The notes: generated by a model not told the origin, from the sequence alone. Shown: positions 1 through 9,219, counted from the stretch's first letter. The stretch: 64,000 bases of DNA from an uncultured Methylomirabilota bacterium (GCA_963705305.1 OY970067.1:2112001-2176000), one strand, 5' to 3'. Made by a program: numbers and translations.

Positions 1-726
1 GCGCTGCTCTGGGGGATCCTGGGGGCGGTGATCTTCCGCGGTGTTTTCATCGCCGCTGGGGCGGCCCTGCTGGTGCACTTCGAGTGGATCCTCTATCTCT
101 TCGGCGCCTTCCTGATGGTCACGGGCTGGAAGCTTTTCCGGCAACCGGGGGTGCAGGTTTCCCCCGACCGGAATCCGATCCTCCGCCTTTTCCGACGGCT
201 CGTCCCGGTATTGCCGGAGTACCACGGCCAGCAGTTCCTCGTGCGCCGCGATGGACGCTGGCTGGCCACTCCGCTGGTCCCCGTGCTGATCGTGATCGGC
301 ACGACCGACCTCCTCTTCGCCACCGACTCCATCCCGGCCATCTTCGGCATCACCCGGGATCCCTTCATTGTGGCTGCCTCCAACATCTTCGCGGTCCTGG
401 GGCTTCGCGGCCTGTTCTTCCTGCTCTCCGAGATGCTGGGGCTGTTCCGCTACCTCAAGCTCGGGCTCGCCGGCATCCTCGTATTCGTGGGAGGCAAAAT
501 GCTGCTGGCTGACGTCTACCCCGTGCCGGCGGGAGCCTCGCTGGTCATCATCGGTGGTGTTCTGGCCGTCTCGATGGCGGCGTCTCTTGTCCACCAACTC
601 TGGCGGTCCCCGACGCAGCCAACCGGTCCCTGGTCCGATAGGATCTCGCAAGACCGGCCGGTGCAGGCAATCCACCCGCCGATGGCATCCGGGGCTGCTG
701 GCAAGTCGCGCGCACATCGGCGCTGA
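1..726 (+). CDS. TerC/Alx family membrane protein (5' partial)
   Basis: Frame is open from base 1 (ALLWGILGAVIFRG). Motifs TDLLFATDSIPAIFGIT and SNIFAVLGLRGLFFLL are typical of TerC. Confidence 0.9.
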   Translation, partial: ALLWGILGAVIFRGVFIAAGAALLVHFEWILYLFGAFLMVTGWKLFRQPGVQVSPDRNPILRLFRRLVPVLPEYHGQQFLVRRDGRWLATPLVPVLIVIGTTDLLFATDSIPAIFGITRDPFIVAASNIFAVLGLRGLFFLLSEMLGLFRYLKLGLAGILVFVGGKMLLADVYPVPAGASLVIIGGVLAVSMAASLVHQLWRSPTQPTGPWSDRISQDRPVQAIHPPMASGAAGKSRAHRR

Positions 727-742
727 ACAGGGAAGGAGTCCA

Positions 743-940
743 TTGGGGAAGACACTTCGCCGCATCTTGGGAGTGACCCTGATCGCCGCCGGAATGGTCG
801 GCCTGCTTTTGCCGGTCATCCCGGGCATCCCCCTCCTGCTCGCGGGGGTGGCCTTGCTGGGCCCCAATCACCCTTGGGTACGCCCGCTCGTGGCTCGGCT
901 TCGCGCATGGCGCCGGGAGGCCACGACACACCAGAGGTAA
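743..940 (+). CDS. Small membrane protein, PGPGW/DUF454-like
   Basis: TTG at 743 follows GGAAGGA. Product LGKTLRRILGVTLIAAGMVGLLLPVIPGIPLLLAGVALLG is a hydrophobic hairpin. Confidence 0.7.
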   Translation: MGKTLRRILGVTLIAAGMVGLLLPVIPGIPLLLAGVALLGPNHPWVRPLVARLRAWRREATTHQR

Positions 941-1376
941 GGGCGAGTAAAGATCGGGAACGCTGCAAGTTTGGCCAGCCTGCGCGAATACGTCTCGATC
1001 GTGCCCCGCCCCGCGTCGGACGAGAGACTTTACCCGCGTGGCCGGATTCTTCGGGCCGCGTCCCGCAGGGAAATCAATGTAGTTGCCCGCACCCCAGCTC
1101 GCAAGACCGGTACGGGAGCCCGCGCCTTCACACCAGGTTCGAGAGACCGTGCAGGCACGCATAGGCCCGCGCCCAGGAGGCCGTCTTCCTAGGTCTGGAT
1201 TCCTCCTCAGTCCTCACGCTCGACCTCGCGGGGCCGCTGATCTAATGACCGACTATTTCGCGGTGGCCACAGCTTTGCGCGAGCAAGCTACGCTGCCCGT
1301 CCTCATCCTGCTCATGAGGACAAACGAGCCAAGGAGAGAGCGAGCAATAGCGGATAGAAGCGGGGGGAACATTTTG

Positions 1377-1406
1377 TTGACAGGTCCGGCCGGATTGACC
1401 TATATT
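1377..1406 (+). promoter_or_regulatory. sigma70-type promoter of the thiamine operon
   Basis: TTGACA (1377-1382), 18 nt spacer, TATATT (1401-1406), directly upstream of the TPP aptamer. Confidence 0.7.
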
Positions 1407-1413
1407 CATTTTA

Positions 1414-1503
1414 CCGCTAGGGGAGCAGGCGCTGAGAGTCCTCGCCGCAGGGCGGGGACAACCCTCTGAACCTGACCCGGTTAATACCGGCGTAGGGAAG
1501 CGA
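1414..1503 (+). ncRNA. TPP (thiamine pyrophosphate) riboswitch aptamer
   Basis: GGGG...GCTGAGA...ACCC...GAACCTGA.C.GGTTAATACCGGCGTAGGGAA. P1 pairing CGCT/AGCG. Lies upstream of thiSGE. Confidence 0.95.
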
Positions 1504-1520
1504 GTCAGACGGCGATTCAG

Positions 1521-1554
1521 ACGCGGCGCTCCGAGGAGCGCCGCGTTCTTTTTT
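1521..1554 (+). terminator. Intrinsic terminator (riboswitch expression platform)
   Basis: Long GC hairpin ACGCGGCGCTCCGAGGAGCGCCGCGT followed by TCTTTTTT. Confidence 0.85.
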
Positions 1555-1573
1555 GCGCAGGCGGGGCATGGGC

Positions 1574-2026
1574 ATGGGGCCGATGAAGCGCACGTATCCT
1601 GATCGTCCGTTCGTGGCGGTGGGCGCCATCGTGGTCAATGATGGGCGCGTGCTGCTGGCCCGCCGGGGGAAAGAGCCGAGCCGCGGAGTCTGGTCCGTGC
1701 CGGGCGGGGCCGTGCACCTGGGTGAGGAGCTGAAGGCGGCGGCCCGTCGGGAGATCCGGGAAGAGCTGGGGATCGAGGTCGAGCTGACCGACGTGATCGA
1801 GGTGCTGGAGCGGGTCACGCGGGACGGCGAGGGCCGGGTGCAGTACCACTACGTGATCGTGGATTTCCTGGGGCGCTGGTCGGGGGGCGAGCCGACCCCC
1901 TCGGAGGAGGCGCTGGAAGTGGCCTGGGTCGCCCCCGAGGAGTTCCCGCAATACGAGATGACGCGGGGCACCGCCGACGTGATCCAGCGTGTTCTGGAGG
2001 CCGGGAAGCGGGCCGGCGTCCTGTAG
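1574..2026 (+). CDS. NUDIX hydrolase
   Basis: Nudix box GGAVHLGEELKAAARREIREELGI. Start could be the ATG at 1568, 1574 or 1583. Confidence 0.9.
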   Translation: MGPMKRTYPDRPFVAVGAIVVNDGRVLLARRGKEPSRGVWSVPGGAVHLGEELKAAARREIREELGIEVELTDVIEVLERVTRDGEGRVQYHYVIVDFLGRWSGGEPTPSEEALEVAWVAPEEFPQYEMTRGTADVIQRVLEAGKRAGVL

Positions 2027-2166
2027 CAGGCTGCCGAAAAAGGCCCATCTGCGGCGTTGGTGCGCTCCCGCGACGCTGCGGCGTACCCGTAAGTACGCCT
2101 CGCGTCTCAGATCGCGCACCGCCTTGCATCTGGACCTTTTTGAGCAGCCTGGGGGAAAGCGGGTTT
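2024..2166 (+). mobile_element. MITE-like repeat, copy A
   Basis: TAGCAGGCTGCCGAAAAAGGCCCATCTGC...GCATCTGGACCTTTTTGAGCAGCCTG. Homologous copies at 4444, 7295, 9220(-) and 47030. Confidence 0.8.
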
Positions 2167-2197
2167 ATTGGCGTCCTGTAGGGGCGGGGGGACTGTC

Positions 2198-2398
2198 GTG
2201 GAGATCCGGTTGAACGGCAAGGCGCGCAACGTCCGGGACGGCGTCACCATTCGCCAGCTCCTCGACGAGCTGGGGCTGCATCCCCAGCGGGTCGCCGTCC
2301 AGGTCAACCTGGACATCATCAAGCGCGACCGGTACGAGTCGGTCGTGCTGCAGCCGGGGGATACGGTGGAGGTGCTCACGTTCATGGCGGGAGGCTGA
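2198..2398 (+). CDS. thiS: Sulfur carrier protein ThiS
   Basis: 66 aa, IRLNG at the N-terminus, ends in TFMAGG (C-terminal GG), upstream of thiG. Confidence 0.93.
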   Translation: MEIRLNGKARNVRDGVTIRQLLDELGLHPQRVAVQVNLDIIKRDRYESVVLQPGDTVEVLTFMAGG

Positions 2399-2454
2399 GC
2401 GGACTGCCGTGCGCGGCAGGTTGCAGGATTCCGCCGGAAAGCAGGAGGTGGGGG

Positions 2455-3231
2455 ATGCACGGTCGGGAGACATTGAAGTTCGCCGGGAAGGAGTTCCGCT
2501 CCCACCTGATCGTGGGAACGGGGAAGTATGCGGATTTCCACGTCATGGCGAAGGCGCTGGAGGCCTCGGGAACCGAGATCGTCACGGTGGCGGTGCGCCG
2601 GGTCAACCTGGACCGGACCCAGGAGTCGCTCCTGGACTACGTCGATACAAAGAAGTACACCTTGCTGCCCAACACAGCCGGCTGCTATTCGGCCGAGGAG
2701 GCGGTCAAGTACGCCCGGCTGGCGCGGGAAGTCGGGATGTCCGAGATGGTGAAGCTGGAGGTCATCGGGGACCAGCGGACCCTCTTCCCCGACAACGAAG
2801 AGCTGCTCAAGGCCACCCGGATCCTGGTGAAGGACGGATTTGTCGTCCTTCCCTATGTGAACGATGACCCGATCATGGCCAAGAAGCTGGAAGACGCGGG
2901 GGCGGCGGCGGTGATGCCGCTGGGGGCCCCCATCGGCTCGGGCCTGGGCCTCCGCAATCCCCACAACATCGTGATCATCCTGCAGACGGTCAAGGTGCCG
3001 GTGATCGTGGACGCCGGGGTGGGGACGGCCTCGGACGCCGCGGTGGCCATGGAGCTGGGGTGCGACGGCGTGCTGATGAACACGGCCATCGCCGGGGCCA
3101 AGGATCCCGTCCTCATGGCGGAGGCGATGCGCAAGGCCGTCGAGGCGGGCCGCCAGGCCTTCCTGGCGGGACGCATCCCCAAGAAGTCCTATGCCAGCGC
3201 CTCCACCAGCATGGAGGGGATGATCGAGTAG
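2455..3231 (+). CDS. thiG: Thiazole synthase
   Basis: Motifs [35 protein letters not shown] and [11 protein letters not shown]. Confidence 0.97.
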   Translation: MHGRETLKFAGKEFRSHLIVGTGKYADFHVMAKALEASGTEIVTVAVRRVNLDRTQESLLDYVDTKKYTLLPNTAGCYSAEEAVKYARLAREVGMSEMVKLEVIGDQRTLFPDNEELLKATRILVKDGFVVLPYVNDDPIMAKKLEDAGAAAVMPLGAPIGSGLGLRNPHNIVIILQTVKVPVIVDAGVGTASDAAVAMELGCDGVLMNTAIAGAKDPVLMAEAMRKAVEAGRQAFLAGRIPKKSYASASTSMEGMIE

Positions 3232-3235
3232 CCCC

Positions 3236-3898
3236 GTGCAAATTCGAAGTTCGAAGTTCGAAGTTCGAAATTGGGGGGTGTACCTGGTCACCGACCGCCA
3301 GCAGGCGGGGGGACGCGATCTGCGCAACGTCCTGGAGCCGGCGCTGCAGGCGGGAGTGCGCGCGGTCCAGCTGCGCGAAAAGGATCTCGACACCCGGAGC
3401 CTGTACCGTCTGGCGGAGTCGCTCTTGCCGCTCACCCGGGCGGCCGGGGCGGCCCTGATCGTCAATGACCGCCTGGACGTGGCCCTGGCGATGGACGCGG
3501 ACGGCGCGCACCTCACCAGGAAGAGCCTGCCCGTGCCCGAGGCGCGGGCGCTTCTCGGGGCGGGGAAGCTTTTGGGGGTCTCCTGCCACTCCGCGGCGGA
3601 CGTGCGCGAGGCGGCGCGGGGCGGGGCGGATTTCGCCGTCCTGGGTCCCGTCTATGCCACTCCCTCCAAGGCTCCCTATGGCCCGCCGTTGACGCCGACC
3701 ATCCTGCGGGAGGCCCGCGCGGCCGAGCCGCTGCCGATCCTCGCTATCGGCGGCATCACGGCTGGCCGGATTCCCGAGGTGATGGCGGCGGGTGCGGACG
3801 GGGTCGCGGTGATCTCGGCCGTCATGGCCGCCCCGGATCCCGGTGCGGCGGCCGCCGAGCTGCTGGCCGCGATCGGTGCCGCGCGGGGGGTCGAGTAG
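3236..3898 (+). CDS. thiE: Thiamine phosphate synthase
   Basis: Motifs VQLREK, IVNDRLDVA, GVSCH, PVYATPSK and AIGGIT. The N-terminus includes a heptamer repeat. Confidence 0.95.
   Translation: MQIRSSKFEVRNWGVYLVTDRQQAGGRDLRNVLEPALQAGVRAVQLREKDLDTRSLYRLAESLLPLTRAAGAALIVNDRLDVALAMDADGAHLTRKSLPVPEARALLGAGKLLGVSCHSAADVREAARGGADFAVLGPVYATPSKAPYGPPLTPTILREARAAEPLPILAIGGITAGRIPEVMAAGADGVAVISAVMAAPDPGAAAAELLAAIGAARGVE
3243..3270. repeat. Heptamer tandem repeat (TTCGAAR)x4 in the thiE 5' end
   Basis: TTCGAAG TTCGAAG TTCGAAG TTCGAAA. Confidence 0.9.
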
Positions 3899-3939
3899 CC
3901 GACTGGTCAACTCGTCAATTGGCGACTTGACACTTGAAG

Positions 3940-4446
3940 ATGCACATCATCATTGACGGCTATAATCTGATCCGCCAGTGGCCGGAGCTGGCCATGCTGG
4001 ACCGGACCGATTTGGAGGCGGGCCGGCAGGCCCTGCTCGAGGAGCTCGGGGCGTACCGTCGAGCCAAGGGCCACCAGCTCACCGTGGTATTTGACGGGCA
4101 GGAGCGGGGCGGGGCCTCGGATGCCTTGGAGCGTGTGGCTGGGATCTCGGTCCGGTTCTCGCGGATGGGCGAGACCGCCGATGCCGTGATCGCCCGCCTG
4201 GCCGCGGAGGGCGGGGAGGGGACCGTGGTCGTCAGCTCCGACCGTGAGGTCATGGACGCGGCCCGGCGGGGCGGCGCCGCCAGCATTTCGAGCCCGGAGT
4301 TCCTGGCCCGGCTGGACGCCAGCCGGGTCGCCGTCCTGAAGGGCGGCGAAGAGGAAGAGGAGCGGCCCAAGAAGAGTGGGAAGGGAGTCGCCAAGCGCCT
4401 GCCCAAGGCCGAGCGGCAGAGGGCGCGCCGGCTTCGCGACCTGTAG
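3940..4446 (+). CDS. YacP-like NYN domain protein (putative RNase)
   Basis: Motifs IIIDGYNLI, VVFDG, TADAVI and VVSSDREV. Confidence 0.85.
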   Translation: MHIIIDGYNLIRQWPELAMLDRTDLEAGRQALLEELGAYRRAKGHQLTVVFDGQERGGASDALERVAGISVRFSRMGETADAVIARLAAEGGEGTVVVSSDREVMDAARRGGAASISSPEFLARLDASRVAVLKGGEEEEERPKKSGKGVAKRLPKAERQRARRLRDL

Positions 4447-4714
4447 CAGGCTGCTGAAAAAGGCCCATCTGCCGGGTACCCATCTGATGGGTGCCCAACC
4501 TTCGGCCGGGTACCCGCCCACTCGGGCACTCGTTGCGGCGTACCGGAAGTACGCCTTGACCCGCCTGCGGCGGGTGCCCCGCCCCGGGTACCCATCCCGA
4601 GGAATGGGTGACGCCGCCTTGCCGTTCGACGGGCTCACGGTCCCGAGCGAAGTCGAGGGACATCTGGACCTTTTTGAACAGCCTGGGTGAAATTGGTACT
4701 TCAGCAGCCTGCTA
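4444..4714 (+). mobile_element. MITE-like repeat, copy B (complete, 15-bp perfect terminal IR)
   Basis: TAGCAGGCTGCTGAA ... TTCAGCAGCCTGCTA. Carries a 39-nt hairpin insert at 4622-4660 and GGGTACCC hairpins. Confidence 0.85.
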
Positions 4715-4836
4715 TGGACGAGTTGTCCGGCGGTTGGAGAAGCTGGTCACAGAGGCTTCACGTCATCCCAGACGGGGAAGCGAGCATGGGCGAATCGGCG
4801 GAATATTATTCGACCTGGTACGAAGAGGAGCGCGTG

Positions 4837-5886
4837 ATGGTATCCAAAGCGGCTGAGCGGGTGGTGGACCTCCGCAGCGATACGGTGACGAAGCCCACGC
4901 CGGAGATGCGGCGGGCCATGGCCGATGCCGAGGTGGGGGACGATGTCTTCGGCGAGGACCCCACGGTCGCCAGGCTCGAGGCCATGGGGGCGGAGCGCCT
5001 GGGGAAGGAGGCCGGCCTGTTCGTGGCCTCTGGGACCATGGGGAACCAGGTGTCCCTGATGGCGCACACCCAGCGGGGCGAAGAGATCATCCTGGACGAG
5101 AACTCCCATATCTTCAACTACGAGGTGGCTGCTCTGGCGGTCCTCTCGGCCGTGCAGCCCCGCACGCTTCGCGGCTGCCACGGGATCCTGGACCCCGAGG
5201 AAGTACGGCAGGCCATCCGATCGCCCAACATCCACTACCCCAAGGATTCGCTCATCTGCGTGGAGAACACCCACAACCGCGGCGGCGGGACGGTGTACCC
5301 CCTGGAGACGCTCAAAGCGATTCGCCGAATCGCCGTCGAGAACGGGCTGGCCGTTCATCTGGACGGGGCCCGGATGTTCAACGCCTGCGTGGCCACCGGT
5401 ACGCCGCCGGCGGAGATGGCCGCCCAGGCGGATTCGGTGACCTTCTGCCTGTCCAAGGGGCTGTCGGCCCCGGTGGGGTCGGTGATCACGGGGACGCGGT
5501 CCTTCATCGATCGGGCGCGGCGGGCCCGCAAGATGGTGGGCGGCGGGATGCGGCAGGCGGGGATTCTGGCGGCGGCGGGCATCGTCGCCCTGGAGACGAT
5601 GGTGGACCGGCTGCGCGAGGACCACGAGAACGCCCGGATCCTGGCGGAGGGGCTTGCCGCGCTGTCGGGAATCCAGATCGCCCTCGACCTGGTCAGGACG
5701 AACATCGTGATCTTCACCGTCAAGCGGCCGGACCTGGACGCGGCCGGCCTGGTCCTCAAGCTCGGCGAGCAGGGAATCAAAGCACTCGCCGTCAGCCAGG
5801 ACCGCATCCGCATGGTGACGCACAAGGACGTGGATCGCGCCGGGATCCTCTGGACGCTGGAGGCCCTGAAGACGATCCTTGGCTGA
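4837..5886 (+). CDS. ltaE: Low-specificity L-threonine aldolase
   Basis: Motifs [32 protein letters not shown] and CLSKGL (PLP lysine). RBS GAGGAG at 4825. Confidence 0.93.
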   Translation: MVSKAAERVVDLRSDTVTKPTPEMRRAMADAEVGDDVFGEDPTVARLEAMGAERLGKEAGLFVASGTMGNQVSLMAHTQRGEEIILDENSHIFNYEVAALAVLSAVQPRTLRGCHGILDPEEVRQAIRSPNIHYPKDSLICVENTHNRGGGTVYPLETLKAIRRIAVENGLAVHLDGARMFNACVATGTPPAEMAAQADSVTFCLSKGLSAPVGSVITGTRSFIDRARRARKMVGGGMRQAGILAAAGIVALETMVDRLREDHENARILAEGLAALSGIQIALDLVRTNIVIFTVKRPDLDAAGLVLKLGEQGIKALAVSQDRIRMVTHKDVDRAGILWTLEALKTILG

Positions 5887-5922
5887 ATTTCCCCTCCCGG
5901 GAGTTTCACCGGCGGAGGTGAA

Positions 5923-6852
5923 ATGGACCTGGACCTCGGTGATATGTGGGATTTTCACACGGATGCCAGGGTGCTCGTCTCCGACGTGCGGGACCGGGAC
6001 AGGTACGAAAAGCAGCTGGATCTGCCCACCTGCCGGCGCCTCGGCGGGATCTTCAGCGCGACCGGCCGCCTGGCGGATGCCCCGCGCGATGCGCAGTGGG
6101 CGCTGCTGGAATCGGAGGTCGCGACCATCCGGTCGCTGGCCGGCATGCCGGTCGTGCGGGCGGCCGCCGACCTGGCAGGAGCCGGCCGGCAGGTCCTGCA
6201 CGCCGAGGGCGTGTATTTCGTCCAGGGGATGGCCGACCTGGGCGGCCTGGACCGGCTGTGGGCCATGGGGTTTCGCAGCCTGGCCCCGCTCTACAACGAG
6301 GACAACGCGCTCGGGGGCGGGGCCCGCGGGGATGCCGGTCGCGGCCTGACGGACCTGGGGCGGCAATTCGTCGAGCGGGCCTGGCAGATCGGCTTCCTGG
6401 TGGACATTGCCCACAGCAACCACCGCACGCAGCGCGACCTGATCGATCTGGCGTTGGCGGCGGGCCGCCCCGTCCACTACAGCCACGGCTTCCTCGACGA
6501 GCCGGTGCTGGGGCTGTTCGGCCAGCGCGGCCTCCTGCGCCCGCAGGCGGAGCGGCTGGCCCGGACGGGGGGCCTCATCGGCCTGTCGCCCCACCCGGGC
6601 TTCGTGGGGTATTTCCGGCGCTACCTGGACGAAATTGACTTCCTGGCGCGCACCGTGCCGGCGCACGTCGTCCTGGGCAGCGACTTTTCCGGAATCACTA
6701 CGCCGCCGGTGACCTTCCCGGAGTTCGCGTCGGCGTCGGCCGTCCCGGCCTTCGCCCAGCGGCTGGCGGACATCCACGGCGAGGCCTTTGCCCGCGACTT
6801 CTGCGGCCGATCATTGCGGCGGATGCTGGAGCGGACGCTGCCGCAGCCGTGA
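5923..6852 (+). CDS. Membrane-dipeptidase (M19)-like amidohydrolase
   Basis: Metal-site pattern DFHTD, HAEG, GLTDLGRQFV, VDIAH, YSH, LGSDF. Confidence 0.7.
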   Translation: MDLDLGDMWDFHTDARVLVSDVRDRDRYEKQLDLPTCRRLGGIFSATGRLADAPRDAQWALLESEVATIRSLAGMPVVRAAADLAGAGRQVLHAEGVYFVQGMADLGGLDRLWAMGFRSLAPLYNEDNALGGGARGDAGRGLTDLGRQFVERAWQIGFLVDIAHSNHRTQRDLIDLALAAGRPVHYSHGFLDEPVLGLFGQRGLLRPQAERLARTGGLIGLSPHPGFVGYFRRYLDEIDFLARTVPAHVVLGSDFSGITTPPVTFPEFASASAVPAFAQRLADIHGEAFARDFCGRSLRRMLERTLPQP

Positions 6853-6965
6853 AGCCCGAGCGCCGCGCCCGCGGGAAGTGACGGGAAACACGAAAGCCCT
6901 GGAGAGTATCCAGGGCTCGTGCTGGTTCACAGATTCGCCGGCGTGCCGGCTGTCCCGCCCCCGCC

Positions 6966-7238
6966 CTAGCGCACCGCGTCCTTCAGGGTTTTCCCCGCCT
7001 TGAACTTCGGCAGCTTGGCCGCCCTGATCTTGATCGCCTCCCCCGTCTGCGGATTGCGGCCGTTCCGGGCAGCCCGGCGCCCGACAGAGAAAGTACCGAA
7101 TCCCACCAGGCTCACCCGCTTGCCCCGCTTCAAGGAATCCCGCACACCCGCGGTGAACGAGTCCAGCGCCGCCTCCGCCGCCTTCTTGGTGATCCCGGCA
7201 TCCTTGGCCATTCGAGCCACCAGCTCCGCCTTCGTCAT
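6966..7238 (-). CDS. hup: DNA-binding protein HU
   Basis: 90 aa; MTKAELV...VSLVGFGTF...GRNPQTGE...PKFKAGK. Confidence 0.95.
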   Translation of the reverse strand: MTKAELVARMAKDAGITKKAAEAALDSFTAGVRDSLKRGKRVSLVGFGTFSVGRRAARNGRNPQTGEAIKIRAAKLPKFKAGKTLKDAVR

Positions 7239-7294
7239 GGGCGAACCTCCTCTCCGTGATCCACCGATTGACAGCCGGCAAAAACGATCAAGCC

Positions 7295-7628
7295 TGACAG
7301 GCCGCTGAAAAAGCCCATCTGCAGAGACCCATCCTTCAGATGGGTACCCCGCCCGCTCGGGCACTCGCTGCGGCGTACCGGAAGTACGCCTTGACCCGCC
7401 TGCGGCGGGTGCCCCGCCCCGGGTACCCATCCCGAGGAATGGGTGAGGCCGCCTTGCCATTCGACAGGCTCACGGTCCCGAGCGAAGTCGAGGGACCATT
7501 CGACGGGCCCTTCGACAAGCTCAGGGCGGTGAGCAGAGCCGAACCGCTCACGGTCCCGAGCGAAGTCGAGGGACATCTGGACCTTTTTGAGCAGCCTGGG
7601 GGAAAGCGGGTTTTTCAGCACGTTGTTA
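7295..7628 (+). mobile_element. MITE-like repeat, copy C, with nested 39-nt hairpin units
   Basis: Same core as copy B. 39-nt units at 7457-7495 and 7496-7573, the second interrupted by a related 39-nt unit at 7508-7546. Confidence 0.85.
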
Positions 7629-7688
7629 AACCATTCCGGGGAGGCTCATATCAAAGCGGCTCCAAGAGTGTCAAGGCAAAAAGCAGAG

Positions 7689-9011
7689 TCATCCCTTCTT
7701 GCGCCATGCCTCCAGACGCTTGCGAATCTCCCGCTCCAGTCCCCGGTCGGAGGGTCGATAGTAAATGCGCCCTTGCAGCCGCTCCGGCAGATAATCCTGC
7801 TTGACGTAGGCATCCTCGTAGTCGTGGGCGTACTTGTAGCCCTCCCCATAGCCGAGGTCCGTCATCAGGGGTGTGGGAGCGTTCCGGATGTGGAGGGGCA
7901 CCGGTTCGGCGGGAGCTGAGGCCACGTCCGCCTGCGCCGCGCCGAAGGCCTCGTACACGGCGTTGCTCTTCGGCGCGGTGGCCAGGTACGTGACGCACTG
8001 GGCCAGGGCCAGCTCTCCCTCGGGGCTGCCGAGGAAATGGTAGGCCTCCTTGGCGGCCACGGCCAGGGAGAGGGCGGCCGGATCCGCGTTGCCGATATCC
8101 TCCGAAGCGAAGCGGATCAGCCGGCGGGCGATGTAGAGCGGGTCCTCGCCGGAGGCCAGCATGCGCGCCAGCCAGTAGAGGGCGGCGTCGGGGTCGCTGC
8201 CCCGCAGGCTCTTGTGCAGGGCGGAGATGAGGTTGAAGTGCTCCTCCCCCGCCTTGTCGTAAAGGAGGCTGCGGTGCTGGGCGGCCTCCTGGACGATCGC
8301 CGGCGTGACGAGGCCGGTCCGGGCCGAGGCCTCGGCCAGCCGCGCGGCGAGCTCAAGGAGATTCAGCGCCGCCCGGGCGTCCCCGTTCCCCCAGCGCACG
8401 ATGGCCAGCAGGGCGTCCTCGGAAACCTGAAGGCCGCGCCGCCCCAGCCCGCGCTCCGGGTCCGACAGGGCGCGCTCCAGTATGGCCCGGATGTCGGGCT
8501 CGCCGAGCGGGCGGAGGACCAGCACCTTGGCGCGGGAGAGGAGCGGGGCGATCACCTCGAAGGAGGGATTCTCGGTGGTGGCCCCGATGAGCGTGATGGT
8601 GCCGCGCTCGACGTGGGGCAGGAAGGCGTCCTGCTGCGCCTTGTTGAAGCGGTGGATCTCGTCGACGAACAGGACGGTGCGCTGGCCCGCCCCGCGGAGG
8701 CACCGCTCGGCCTCGGCGATGACCTCTTTGATCTCCTTGATGCCCGCGGTGACGGCCGAGAAGGGAATGAAGGCGGCCCGGACATGGGAGGCGACGAGCA
8801 TGGCGAGGGAGGTCTTGCCGGTCCCCGGCGGGCCCCAGAAGATCAGCGAGGGAACCTCGCCCTGCTCCAGAGCCACCCGCAGGATCTTCCCGGGGGCTAG
8901 CAGGTGCGGCTGTCCGACGAACTCCTCCAGCGTCCGGGGGCGCATCCGATCGGCCAGCGGCGCCCCCCGCCGGGGTGGAGGAGATTCGCGCGGGAACAGC
9001 TCCAGGCTCAT
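7689..9011 (-). CDS. rarA: Replication-associated recombination protein A (MgsA/RarA AAA+ ATPase)
   Basis: Motifs PLADRMRP, GPPGTGKT, VDEIHRFNKAQQD, GATTENPSF and SALHKSLRGSDPD. Confidence 0.95.
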   Translation of the reverse strand: MSLELFPRESPPPRRGAPLADRMRPRTLEEFVGQPHLLAPGKILRVALEQGEVPSLIFWGPPGTGKTSLAMLVASHVRAAFIPFSAVTAGIKEIKEVIAEAERCLRGAGQRTVLFVDEIHRFNKAQQDAFLPHVERGTITLIGATTENPSFEVIAPLLSRAKVLVLRPLGEPDIRAILERALSDPERGLGRRGLQVSEDALLAIVRWGNGDARAALNLLELAARLAEASARTGLVTPAIVQEAAQHRSLLYDKAGEEHFNLISALHKSLRGSDPDAALYWLARMLASGEDPLYIARRLIRFASEDIGNADPAALSLAVAAKEAYHFLGSPEGELALAQCVTYLATAPKSNAVYEAFGAAQADVASAPAEPVPLHIRNAPTPLMTDLGYGEGYKYAHDYEDAYVKQDYLPERLQGRIYYRPSDRGLEREIRKRLEAWRKKG

Positions 9012-9082
9012 CGGTTCATCCGTACGGTCGATCCCGAGCGCTCGTGTAGTGCGTCCAGCGCTTCTTTCCTCGTGCGAGGCCT

Positions 9083-9202
9083 TCATGTCGGCAAATGCCG
9101 GCATCCAGGGCGCCTGTTCCGTCATTCCGGCGGATGCCAGAATCCAGGGATCCCCCCTGCGATCCAGTTCACGCTCTGGGCCCCGGTTTTCACCGGGGTG
9201 AC
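9083..9202. repeat. REP-like palindrome cluster
   Basis: TCATGTCGGCAAATGCCGGCATCCAG, GTCATTCCGGCGGATGCCAGAATCCAG and the inverted CTGGGCCCCGGTTTTCACCGGGGTGAC. Confidence 0.7.
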
Positions 9203-9219
9203 GAAAGACGGTCCCGGTG

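Noticed and set aside
941..1370. Small ORFs upstream of the TPP riboswitch
   Set aside because: No family motifs and no convincing RBS/start pairing.
4250..4856. Short ORFs with recurring peptides ([30 protein letters not shown]), also at 7235-7804 and 46819-47308
   Set aside because: They are translations of the MITE-like repeat, not genes.
6966..7460. N-terminally extended 164-aa HU, and the extended ORF-track starts for rarA (9254), pyrE (10763) and ltaE (4687)
   Set aside because: The extensions run through repeats or neighbouring genes; downstream ATGs give normal-length proteins.
7457..7573. Possible CRISPR array (repeated 39-nt palindromic units)
   Set aside because: Units are adjacent or nested with no unique spacers, and no cas genes are present.
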